A DNA stretch of 14,642 nucleotides. It comes from a candidate division WOR-3 bacterium (GTDB lineage Bacteria; Hydrothermota; Hydrothermia; LBFQ01). Positions 1-7,964 of this stretch are shown here, one piece after another (position 1 is the stretch's first letter; each line of letters begins with the position of its first letter). The notes under the pieces are model-generated. The model had not been told where the DNA came from. It saw only the letters and a list, made by a program, of their open reading frames with translations, and made no database searches. The stretch is from the NCBI GenBank assembly GCA_027050205.1, contig JALUCS010000059.1, forward strand, positions 1 through 14,642, read 5' to 3'. Made by a program: the position numbers and the translations under genes.

Positions 1-2
1 GT

Positions 3-563
3 GGTCTTACGGATAGAGACAGGGAAGCTGTTCTGAAGAGGTCCCTCCTTAGGGGCCACTTCCTCCTCTCCTCCGGTCTCCACAGCGAGTTCTACTTTGA
101 GAAGTTCAGGGTGTTAGAGGACCCGGCCCTGTTGAGGCTCTTCTCAAGGGACCTCGCCCGTTTCTTCCGGAGGTTCGGGCCGGACAGGGTGGCCGGTCCC
201 TTCACGGGTGGGGCCATACTCGCCTACGAGGTCGCCCGCGTGATGGGGATAAGGGCGGCCTACGCCGAGAAGGGGGAAGGGGGGAGGGTATTCCGCAGGG
301 GGTTCGTCCTCTCCGGTGAGAGGGTGGTGGTGGTGGACGACGACCTCACGACGGGGAGGTCCGTGATGGGGACGGTTAAGGCGGTGGAGGGGGCGGGGGG
401 TGAGGTGGTGGCCGTGGGGGTGATGGTGAAGAGGGGGGAGTACTCCGGTCCCTACCCCTTCCACTACGTGCTGGAGTTGGACTTCCCCACGTACAGGCCG
501 GAGGAGTGTCCCCTTTGCGCCTCCGGACTCCCCCTGACGTCGCCGGGGAGGGGTGGGGTATGA
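3..563 (+). CDS. pyrE: Orotate phosphoribosyltransferase (5'-truncated by window edge)
   Basis: The frame of ORF 111..563 is open back to position 3 (GLTDRDREAVLKRSLLRGHFLLSSGLHSEFYFEKF...), giving the PyrE N-terminal GHFxLSSGxHS motif. PRPP-binding loop VVVVDDDLTTGRS and C-terminal YRPEECPLC...PG tail as in a PyrE subfamily. Confidence 0.93.
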   Translation, partial: GLTDRDREAVLKRSLLRGHFLLSSGLHSEFYFEKFRVLEDPALLRLFSRDLARFFRRFGPDRVAGPFTGGAILAYEVARVMGIRAAYAEKGEGGRVFRRGFVLSGERVVVVDDDLTTGRSVMGTVKAVEGAGGEVVAVGVMVKRGEYSGPYPFHYVLELDFPTYRPEECPLCASGLPLTSPGRGGV

Positions 564-572
564 TCTCCCGCT

Positions 573-578
573 TAGAAT
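573..578 (+). promoter_or_regulatory. Putative -10 box (TAGAAT) of leaderless transcript
   Basis: TAGAAT 8 nt before ATG 587; the same arrangement recurs at 8 other sites in the window. Confidence 0.6.
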
Positions 579-586
579 AGGGGGCG

Positions 587-2674
587 ATGTTCCTACTGCT
601 CCTGTCCTATAAGGTGGAGTTCCGGATAACCGGCGAGGCCGGTCAGCCCCTTGAGGACGCCTTCATATACGTAAAGGAGCTGGGGGTGAGGGCATACACG
701 GACAGGAGCGGTAAAGCCCACCTGAACCTCAAGGGAGGGGAGTACCACGTCCTCGTCCAGGCCCTTGGCTACAGGGTGGGGAGGTTCTCCCTGAAGGTGG
801 GGAGGGATACGACGGTCATATACACCCTGAAGCCTTTGACCTTCATCCTCGGTGAGGTGGAGGTCTCCCCCAAGACCCGGAGCGCCTACGAGGCCTCGGA
901 GCCGAGGTTCCTTGAGGCCATGCCCTTCATCGGCGACCAGGACGTTGGCTACTTCATATCCGTCGCCCCCGGCGTCGTCCCTGTCTACGGGCTGGCTTAC
1001 TTCTCCGTCCGCGGCTCCTCCCCCTTTGAGAACCTCATAACCTACGACGGCATCCCCCTCTTCAACGCCTTCAGCTACTACGGGATGTACACCCCCATAA
1101 ACGTGGATATAGTGAGCAAGGTCCGGTTCCTGCGGGGGGCCTTTACGCCGGAGGTGGGGAACCTGTCGGGCGCCCTGATAGACTTTGAGAGTGCGGAGCC
1201 GGACTCCTTCTCGGCTATCTTCCGCCTCAGCCGTACCAACAGCGGCGTCGCCGTCCGGGGTAAGGGGTACGTCCTCTCCGGCAGGGTTGGCCTCTTCGCC
1301 CCCCTCAAGGGGATAAACATCCTCGGAACCGTCACGGGGGACGTCTCTGGTAAGTTCTCCTTCGGCAACTCCCTGAAGGGGCTCTCCTTCTCCTTCGTGG
1401 CTAACCGGGCCGTCAACTCCTACAAGAACGCCTACAGGGGCCTCTTCTACACCTCCTCCATCTTCAACGGCGGGGCAGCCCTCCGGGGGAGGTACGCCAC
1501 GGGCCGCGCCTTCATCAAGCCCGGCCTGATATACTCCACCTCCCTCTTCGCCAGTGAGGACCTCTCCTACCGCCTCCCCTACGTGACCGACTACTACATT
1601 TTCAACGCCCACAGCAGGTACGAGGTCGTCCGGGGGTACCTGAACGTGGACGCCGGCAGCGTTATAGCAGGGACGGAGATACAGGCCATAAACTCCAACA
1701 TCTACGGCACCGCCCTTGAGATGAACGACACCCTGATAGCCATATACCTCCTGCAACACGTCTATCCTACGAAGGTCTTCTGGGGGAACTACGCCAAATA
1801 TCACTACGAGGACGAGCATACCCTCGCCGAGGTGGGGGCGAGGGCCGATTACTTCCCCGGCATCGGCTTCCGCCTATCCCCCTCCGGCTTCTACAAGTAC
1901 TACCCCAACACCCGGTGGGCCTTCAAGGTGCAGGGGGGGCTGTACAGGCAGTTCTTTACCTCCATCTTCGCCTTCCCTCCGGACGTCTTCTACTACGTAC
2001 CCGTCAGCAGGTCGGAGATAAAATCCTACCAGGTCCTCGTCGGGGCGGAGCGCACCTTCCCGTGGGGAATATCGGAGGTTACCTTCTTCGGTAAGTACTA
2101 CCCAACCTTTACGTACATGACGACGAGGCTTGAGGAGAGGGTGGGCCAGCTTCAAGCCTTCGGGATGGACCTGTGGGTCCGGAAGGAGAGTAAGGTACCC
2201 CTGCCCATAACGGCGGACGTCTCCCTAACCTTAATGAACTCCCGGATAAGGTACGAGGGGGATACGGTCTGGTACCCCACCCCGTGGGACGTGAACGCCA
2301 CCCTGAATACGACCGTCTTCGGATACATCAGGAAGGGGGAGTGGGAGGTGGTGGTGGGAAGCAACGTAGCCTTCTACTACGGACGCCCCTTCCGCGGGAT
2401 AATAAGCCACTGGAGGGACCCCTTCCGGGGGGAGCAGTTCATCCTTGACAGCACCCACGCCCTCCGCATGCCCCCCTACGCGCGGGTGGACGTATTCTGG
2501 AGGTCCCCCATCCCCTTCAAGCTCGGCCCCTTCTCTCTTGACATCTCCTTCTCCGTCATAAACCTCTTCCCAAGGAAGGACGTGACCTTTGACCCCACCA
2601 ACCCCGACGCCGACCTCGCCAACCTGACGGCCTCCTACCCGATATCCTCAATAGTATTGCGGGCGGTCTATTGA
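587..2674 (+). CDS. TonB-dependent receptor-like outer-membrane protein (carboxypeptidase-regulatory-like N-domain, plug, beta-barrel)
   Basis: N-terminal PLEDAFIYV..TDRSG..L..GEY...ALGY (CarboxypepD_reg-like); plug-like APGVV...SVRGS...NLITYDGIP...RGAF; amphipathic beta-strands; C-terminal aromatic residue (LRAVY) typical of BAM substrates. Confidence 0.82.
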   Translation: MFLLLLSYKVEFRITGEAGQPLEDAFIYVKELGVRAYTDRSGKAHLNLKGGEYHVLVQALGYRVGRFSLKVGRDTTVIYTLKPLTFILGEVEVSPKTRSAYEASEPRFLEAMPFIGDQDVGYFISVAPGVVPVYGLAYFSVRGSSPFENLITYDGIPLFNAFSYYGMYTPINVDIVSKVRFLRGAFTPEVGNLSGALIDFESAEPDSFSAIFRLSRTNSGVAVRGKGYVLSGRVGLFAPLKGINILGTVTGDVSGKFSFGNSLKGLSFSFVANRAVNSYKNAYRGLFYTSSIFNGGAALRGRYATGRAFIKPGLIYSTSLFASEDLSYRLPYVTDYYIFNAHSRYEVVRGYLNVDAGSVIAGTEIQAINSNIYGTALEMNDTLIAIYLLQHVYPTKVFWGNYAKYHYEDEHTLAEVGARADYFPGIGFRLSPSGFYKYYPNTRWAFKVQGGLYRQFFTSIFAFPPDVFYYVPVSRSEIKSYQVLVGAERTFPWGISEVTFFGKYYPTFTYMTTRLEERVGQLQAFGMDLWVRKESKVPLPITADVSLTLMNSRIRYEGDTVWYPTPWDVNATLNTTVFGYIRKGEWEVVVGSNVAFYYGRPFRGIISHWRDPFRGEQFILDSTHALRMPPYARVDVFWRSPIPFKLGPFSLDISFSVINLFPRKDVTFDPTNPDADLANLTASYPISSIVLRAVY

Positions 2675-2678
2675 CCTT

Positions 2679-3477
2679 ATGGAAGAGGTCCTGCACTCCC
2701 TGAACCTGAAGGAGGAGAAAGTCGTAAAGGTGGCGGCTTTTAAGGGGAGGTGGTGGGTGATGGGTGAGGAGAATGGGAGATGGTTCCTCGTAGTTGATGG
2801 CAGGAGGTGGGGGCCGTACCGGGACGTATCGGCCCCGGTATTCTCCGAAGACGCCTCAATCTGGGCCTTCAGCTACAGGAGAGACGAGGGGTACTACGTC
2901 GTCTTGAACGGGGAGACCTTCGGACCTTACGAAGACGTACCCTATTACTCGCCGGCCCTTTCCCACGACGGCTCCGTCCGGGTGGTCGTAGGGAAGGAGG
3001 GGGGATGGGTACGTGGTTATAGCCAACGGTGAGAGGATGGGTCCCTTTGAGAAGGTCTGGCCCCCGTACTTCGCCGGGGAGATGCGGGGCTTCACGTACT
3101 ACTCCGATGGGATGGCCTACGTCCGTCTGAAGGATAGGATCCTGGGGCCTTACGAGAGGGTGGCCTACGGCTCCCCCTTCTTCTCCGGGGACGGCAAGAG
3201 GTGGGCGGTGGCCTACGCCGAATCCGGCCGGTGGTACGTCTCGGTGAACGGGGAGGCCTTCGGCCCGTACGAGGACGCCTGGCCGGTGTCCTTCTCCCCG
3301 GACGGGAGGCACTGGTGGATGAAGTACCCGTACGAGGGGAGGTGGTACCTGGTCCTGGATGGGGAGAGGTTCGGCCCCTTCCGGGAGTACTACCACATCT
3401 CCGGCCCATCCTTTGAGGACGGCCCCGTCTTCTATGCCTACGGGGATGGGAAGGTGGTCAGGATATCCGCCGTATAA
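2679..3477 (+). pseudogene. Beta-propeller (WD40/PD40-like) repeat protein split by a +1 frameshift near 2999-3009 (ORFs 2679..3032 and 3013..3477)
   Basis: Both ORFs carry the same ~37-aa repeat (W/Y-x-V-x-x-N/D-G-x-x-x-G-P-Y/F...FSxDG). Removing one G from GAGGGGGGATGGGTAC joins them into one ~265-aa protein with six GP[YF] repeats. A sequencing error is possible. Confidence 0.7.
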
Positions 3478-3478
3478 T
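3473..3478 (+). promoter_or_regulatory. -10 box (TATAAT) for the tRNA, overlapping the upstream stop codon
   Basis: Perfect TATAAT containing the TAA stop (3475-3477), 9 nt before tRNA position 1. Confidence 0.6.
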
Positions 3479-3487
3479 TTCCACTCC

Positions 3488-3561
<74 letters not shown>

Positions 3562-3637
3562 CCTTTTTTTGTGGGAACGGTTCTCGGAGCAACATCGTGT
3601 TCTTAGATAGGCGGAAGGGGAGGCGGTAGGCCGTCCT

Positions 3638-3643
3638 TACAAT
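3638..3643 (+). promoter_or_regulatory. Putative -10 box (TACAAT) of leaderless mdh
   Basis: 8 nt before ATG 3652; the spacer ATTCCCTC has no SD. Confidence 0.6.
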
Positions 3644-3651
3644 ATTCCCTC

Positions 3652-4581
3652 ATGAAGAAGGTAGCGATAATCGGCGCAGGAAACGTTGGAAGCGAGGCTG
3701 CAAGGTACCTCGCCCAGAAGGGCTTAGCAGAGGTCGTCCTCCTTGACATCGTTGAGGGTATAGCCAAGGGCAAGGCCCTTGACATATGGCACTCCGGCCC
3801 CATCATCCCCTCCACGACCGTTATATACGGCACCAAGGACTACGAGCTGATAAAGGACAGCGACGTCGTCATCATCACCGCTGGCCGCCCTCGCAAGCCC
3901 GGTATGAGCCGGGAGGAACTCTTGAAGGTGAACTTTGACATCGTCTCCTCCGTCGCCGAGAACGTAAAGAAGTACGCCCCCAACGCCGTCGTGATAGTCG
4001 TGACCAACCCCTTGGACGCTATGGTCTATACCGCCTACAGGGTGACGGGCTTCCCGAAGAAGAGGGTTATGGGGATGGCGGGCCTGCTTGACTCCTCCCG
4101 CTTCGCCGCCTTCATAGCGATGGAGCTGGGCGTATCCGCCGCCGACGTCAGGGCTATGGTCCTCGGAACCCACGGCGACCTGATGGTACCCGTTATGAGG
4201 TTCACGTCCATAAACGGTCTCCCCGCCACTATGTTCATAAGCGAGGAGAGGATGAAGGAGATCATCAAGCGCACACAGAAGGCGGGCGGTGAGATAGTGG
4301 GGCTGATGGGTACCAGCGCCTGGTTCGCACCCGGTGACGCCGCCGGTCTGATGGCCGAGGCCGTAATACTGGACACCAACCGCGTCCTCCCCGCCTCCGT
4401 CTATCTGGAGGGTGAGTACGGCATAAACGGCGTCTTCGTAGGCGTACCCATCGTCCTCGGTGAGGGCGGTATAAAGAAGATCCTTGAGGTAGAACTCACC
4501 GACGAGGAGCTGGAGGCCCTCAAGCGTAGCGCCGAGCATGTGAAGAAACTCCAGGAGCAGGTGGACGCCCTGCTCGGATAG
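3652..4581 (+). CDS. mdh: Malate dehydrogenase (LDH-like tetrameric type)
   Basis: Rossmann motif IIGAGNVG; substrate loop TAGRPRKPGMSR with the MDH-specific Arg; VTNPLD, LDSSRF and GTHGD catalytic motifs. Confidence 0.95.
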   Translation: MKKVAIIGAGNVGSEAARYLAQKGLAEVVLLDIVEGIAKGKALDIWHSGPIIPSTTVIYGTKDYELIKDSDVVIITAGRPRKPGMSREELLKVNFDIVSSVAENVKKYAPNAVVIVVTNPLDAMVYTAYRVTGFPKKRVMGMAGLLDSSRFAAFIAMELGVSAADVRAMVLGTHGDLMVPVMRFTSINGLPATMFISEERMKEIIKRTQKAGGEIVGLMGTSAWFAPGDAAGLMAEAVILDTNRVLPASVYLEGEYGINGVFVGVPIVLGEGGIKKILEVELTDEELEALKRSAEHVKKLQEQVDALLG

Positions 4582-4601
4582 GGATCCAACGCACCGGAGT
4601 T

Positions 4602-4628
4602 GGGGGGCCGGAAGGCCCCCCTTTTTTT
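4602..4628 (+). terminator. Rho-independent terminator after mdh
   Basis: GGGGGGCC-GGAA-GGCCCCCC (8-bp GC stem, GNRA loop) followed by TTTTTTT. Confidence 0.9.
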
Positions 4629-4632
4629 GGCT

Positions 4633-4638
4633 TAGAAT
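4633..4638 (+). promoter_or_regulatory. Putative -10 box (TAGAAT)
   Basis: Immediately after the mdh terminator and 7 nt before GTG 4646. Confidence 0.6.
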
Positions 4639-4645
4639 ATCCAAC

Positions 4646-5194
4646 GTGGATAGGAGGTTCCTGCTCCTTACCGTCGGCCTGCCGGGGGTGGGGAAGACGA
4701 CCCTCGTCAGGCACCTGTTGAGGCTGATAGACGGTGCCAAGGCGTACGAGTCGGACGTGGTGAGGAAGCGTCTACTGGGCTACCCTCCCGACCGTCCCCT
4801 ACCCCGCCACCTATACAACCCACGGGTGAACGGTAAGACCTTCGCCTTCATAAGGGAGGAGGCGAGGAGGGACCTGAAGGATGGCCTTAGCGTCATCGTC
4901 GACGCCACCTTTACCCGCAGGGAGTACAGGAGGCCCTTTCTGGATATGGGCCTGGAACTGGGGGTCCCGACCGTCGGGATACACGTCTTCGCCGAGGAGG
5001 AGGTGGTGTTGAGGAGACTGCAGAGGGCGAGGGGGGTTTCGGACGCCAACGTGGAGGTGTATCTGCTCCTTAAGAGGACAGCCGAACTTCCCCCCGACGA
5101 GATGCCCCACATCTCCGTGGACGGTACGGAGGAGCCTTTCACCGCCGCCGTAAAGGTCCTGACCTGGCTCAAGGGTCTCCTTAGGGCGCTCTGA
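4646..5194 (+). CDS. AAA_33-family P-loop kinase/ATP-binding protein
   Basis: Walker A GLPGVGKTT, SDVVRKRL, VIVDATF, lid RLQRA..SDA; typical of the gluconate/polynucleotide-kinase-like AAA_33 domain. Confidence 0.85.
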   Translation: MDRRFLLLTVGLPGVGKTTLVRHLLRLIDGAKAYESDVVRKRLLGYPPDRPLPRHLYNPRVNGKTFAFIREEARRDLKDGLSVIVDATFTRREYRRPFLDMGLELGVPTVGIHVFAEEEVVLRRLQRARGVSDANVEVYLLLKRTAELPPDEMPHISVDGTEEPFTAAVKVLTWLKGLLRAL

Positions 5195-5195
5195 C

Positions 5196-5807
5196 TTGCT
5201 AACGAAACAGCACGAGATAGTCCTTCAAGCCTTTGCCCCCTTCCCCTCCGCCGATCCTAACCTTGAGCAGTATCCCACACCTCCGGGGGTGGCCGTGAGG
5301 TTCCTGAACATAGCGGCGGGGGACGTAAGGGGTAAGAGGGTGGTGGACCTCGGATGCGGTACGGGGATCCTCACGGTGGGGGCGGCTCTACTCGGAGCCT
5401 CCATCTCCATCGGGGTGGATGTGGACGCCGAGGTCCTTAAGGTAGCCCGGAGAAACCTGCGTCTGGCCTCGGAGGTCTTCGGGAACTTGAACGTGGCCTT
5501 CGTCCGGGGCCGCATCCCGGACTTCCACTTCCGGGCGGATACGGTGGTTATGAACCCCCCTTTCGGGATGCGGAGGAAGGGGAGCGACGCCCTCTTCCTA
5601 ACTACGGCCATGGCCGGGGCGAGGGTGGTCTGGACCCTACTGGGGAGGAGGAGCGACCCCTTCGTAGCCCGGTTGGCGGAGGGGATGGGCTTCAGATGGG
5701 AGAGGGTGGCGGATATACCCTTCCCTCTGACGAGGAGCATGCCCTTCCACAGGAGGGACAGGGTCAAGATAGAGGTCAGCGTATATAGGTTGGAGAGACG
5801 ACTTTAA
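5196..5807 (+). CDS. METTL5-family (COG2263-like) SAM-dependent N6-adenine RNA methyltransferase
   Basis: LEQYPTP N-terminal signature, motif I VVDLGCGTG, motif IV MNPPFG, C-terminal PFH; TTG start separated by 1 nt from the upstream TGA. Confidence 0.87.
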   Translation: MLTKQHEIVLQAFAPFPSADPNLEQYPTPPGVAVRFLNIAAGDVRGKRVVDLGCGTGILTVGAALLGASISIGVDVDAEVLKVARRNLRLASEVFGNLNVAFVRGRIPDFHFRADTVVMNPPFGMRRKGSDALFLTTAMAGARVVWTLLGRRSDPFVARLAEGMGFRWERVADIPFPLTRSMPFHRRDRVKIEVSVYRLERRL

Positions 5808-5811
5808 TCCG

Positions 5812-5817
5812 TAGAAT
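5812..5817 (+). promoter_or_regulatory. Putative -10 box (TAGAAT)
   Basis: 8 nt before TTG 5826; the spacer has no SD. Confidence 0.5.
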
Positions 5818-5825
5818 ACTCACTC

Positions 5826-7202
5826 TTGAAGGGTCCCCTCTTCTGGACGCTCGCCTCCCGCGTCGGGATACAGGCCTTCGCCCTACTGCGGACGGTCGTC
5901 CTCGCCCGTCTCCTATCCCCTTACGATTTCGGGGTAGCCACCTCCGCCTTCATAGCGTACCAGATGTTGGATATGATGACCTTTACGGGTTTTACGACGG
6001 CCTTGACCGCCCAGAAGGGGAACTTCCGGGAGGGGTACCCCACCCTCTGGTGGAGTACGGTTATAAGGGGCCTCCTCCTCGCCGCCCTCCTCTACGTCTC
6101 CTCCGACGCCATCGGCAGGTTCTTCAACGACCCCAACGTGGCCTACACGAGCCGTTTGGTGGCCCTGGCCTTCGTACCCTACTCCCTCGTCAATCCCGTA
6201 ATGGTGGTGGAGGCCTCCCGCTTCTTCCGGTTTGAGAAGATATTCGTCGTTGAGATAGGGGAGGCGGCGGCGTACTTCCTGACCGCCCTCCTCCTCGCCC
6301 AGCACCTCCGGGACTACAGGGCGTTGGTCTTCGGCTTCATAGCCGCCGGTTTTACCAAGTTCGTCCTCTCCTACGTCGTCAGGCCCTACCTCCCCTCCCT
6401 CTCCTTCAGCCTCAAGTGGCTCAAGCGGATGTTCTCCTTCGGCATATGGGTGAACTTCACCTTCGTCCTGAACTTCGTCCTGATGTACATGGACAGGACG
6501 GTTGTCGGTAAGTTCGCTGGCCAGTCCGCCCTCGGTCACTACTCCAACGCTCAGAAGTTCGCCTTCCTCGCCCCTCCCCAGATAAGCGCTATGCTCTCCC
6601 GCGTCCTCTTCCCCTACTTCGTCACCGCACCGGATGAGGATGCTCGGAGGGTCTTCGGCATATACATGCGAACCGTTCTGCTCATAGGCTCCGTCTTCTT
6701 CGCCCCGATGTTCTTCTGGAATAAGGGGCTGATAGACCTCCTCCTAGGCCCCGGATGGGAGTACGCCGCCCGGATACTCCGTCCCCTATCCCTCGCTGGC
6801 CTCCTCGCCATGGTCTCCAACACCATCAGCCCCATCTCGCAGGGGAGGGGGATGCCCCGCCTGGACGTTATGAGGCTGGCCGTCATCCCGGTCGTCTTCG
6901 GTGCCGTGGCCTCACTCAACCTTAGGGACGGGGTCTGGATAGCCTGGAGCCTCGCGGTGGGCTACGCCTCCTCCCTCCCCCTATCCTTCTGGGGGATAAG
7001 CCTCTCCGGCGTTCCCCTACCCTACGTCCTCCGTCCTCTGATACCCTTCACCCTGGCCCTCCTGCTCTCCTCCCCCCTATACCTCCTATCCCCCATTCTC
7101 CCCGCCGTCCTCCTGCCCATCTTAACCCTCGCCCTTGAGGTAATGCTCTTCAGAAGTGTCGGGGCGGTTGAGTTCCTGAAGGTGAAGGTGCCGAAGGCTT
7201 AG
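5826..7202 (+). CDS. Wzx/WzxC-like oligosaccharide flippase (MOP superfamily)
   Basis: LARLLSPYDFG, FSFG-W, DRTVVGKF...LGHYS, LLLGPGW motifs; many hydrophobic segments. Confidence 0.88.
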   Translation: MKGPLFWTLASRVGIQAFALLRTVVLARLLSPYDFGVATSAFIAYQMLDMMTFTGFTTALTAQKGNFREGYPTLWWSTVIRGLLLAALLYVSSDAIGRFFNDPNVAYTSRLVALAFVPYSLVNPVMVVEASRFFRFEKIFVVEIGEAAAYFLTALLLAQHLRDYRALVFGFIAAGFTKFVLSYVVRPYLPSLSFSLKWLKRMFSFGIWVNFTFVLNFVLMYMDRTVVGKFAGQSALGHYSNAQKFAFLAPPQISAMLSRVLFPYFVTAPDEDARRVFGIYMRTVLLIGSVFFAPMFFWNKGLIDLLLGPGWEYAARILRPLSLAGLLAMVSNTISPISQGRGMPRLDVMRLAVIPVVFGAVASLNLRDGVWIAWSLAVGYASSLPLSFWGISLSGVPLPYVLRPLIPFTLALLLSSPLYLLSPILPAVLLPILTLALEVMLFRSVGAVEFLKVKVPKA

Positions 7203-7945
7203 AAGAGGACCACCCTGCCCTTCCTTAGGCGTCCCCTACGCCCCGTCCTTCGGCCGCTTACGTCGTAGGTCCCTCCCTCCGTTTCCCTCAAGGCTCTCCT
7301 TCTTTCTGCGACGTCAAGGGAGCGTAGGACCTTCCCCCTTCCGACGGGTACGGTGCCGGTGTAGGAGTAGGAGCCGTAGAAAACGGTGGTGGTCGTACTG
7401 TCCCACATTACCTTGGTTATGCCGAAGTTGGGTACGTAGTAGTAGGTGCGGTACTCCGTTATTAGGGTGGAGTCGGGGGAGAAGGTGGAGGTGGTTATCA
7501 TCTTGCTGTGGAGGACGAGCAGTACCTTTACGTTCCCGGTTAGGCCCCCCACTACGGCGTCGGTGCTTTCCACTACGGCCGTTGACGGGAGGTATACGAG
7601 GGTGTCGGCTACGCTGTCCATATCCACATCGGGGATAGGTACGGGGGTATTGAGGGGGATGATGCAGTCGTTCCAGGCCTCCCAGGTGTCCCCGACGTTG
7701 GCGTTGTAGCGGGCGAACCTGTGCTGGAGGTTGTGGTAGTAGTCGTTCCCGGCCCATACGAGGGAGGAGTCCCTTACGGTGTCCCGCATTACGGAGATCT
7801 TCACCAGCTTGCCGGAGAGGTCGGTACAGGAGCCGTACAGGGGGAGGGTGTAGGTGGCTTCTACGCTGTCCCTCTCCGGGTTTCCCGATGGGACGGTTAG
7901 GTAGTCCCAGAAGTTCCCGACGCTCAAACCGAGGTAGGCCAACAT
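7199..7945 (-). CDS. Secreted beta-rich hypothetical protein with short T9SS-like C-terminal tail
   Basis: Short hydrophobic N-terminus, Thr/Tyr/Val-rich body with YYVPNFGITK and a DVDMD loop, C-terminus DVAE...TYDVSGRR...KGRVVLF. Confidence 0.72.
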   Translation of the reverse strand: MLAYLGLSVGNFWDYLTVPSGNPERDSVEATYTLPLYGSCTDLSGKLVKISVMRDTVRDSSLVWAGNDYYHNLQHRFARYNANVGDTWEAWNDCIIPLNTPVPIPDVDMDSVADTLVYLPSTAVVESTDAVVGGLTGNVKVLLVLHSKMITTSTFSPDSTLITEYRTYYYVPNFGITKVMWDSTTTTVFYGSYSYTGTVPVGRGKVLRSLDVAERRRALRETEGGTYDVSGRRTGRRGRLRKGRVVLF

Positions 7946-7951
7946 AGGGCA

Positions 7952-7957
7952 ATTTTA
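7952..7957 (-). promoter_or_regulatory. Putative -10 box (TAAAAT, minus strand)
   Basis: 6 nt before the minus-strand ATG at 7945. Confidence 0.55.
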
Positions 7958-7964
7958 AGGCCGC

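Noticed and set aside
593..1819. 408-aa minus-strand ORF, and similar long shadow ORFs (3724..4740, 5913..6539, 8499..9077, 10213..11142)
   Set aside because: They lie antisense to well-supported genes, have no recognisable motifs, and are expected from high-GC codon bias.
3575..3602. Short dyads GAAC-G-GTTC and AACA-TCG-TGTT upstream of mdh (LexA-like?)
   Set aside because: The spacing does not fit GAAC-N4-GTTC, and 4-bp arms are expected by chance.
4586..4603. CCAAC...GTTGG hairpin as an antiterminator of the mdh terminator
   Set aside because: Only 5 bp and overlapping the much stronger terminator stem by just 2 nt.
7314..7952. 212-aa alternative minus-strand ORF overlapping 7199..7945
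   Set aside because: Arg/Pro/His-rich off-frame translation; the 248-aa frame has the -10 box and protein-like composition.
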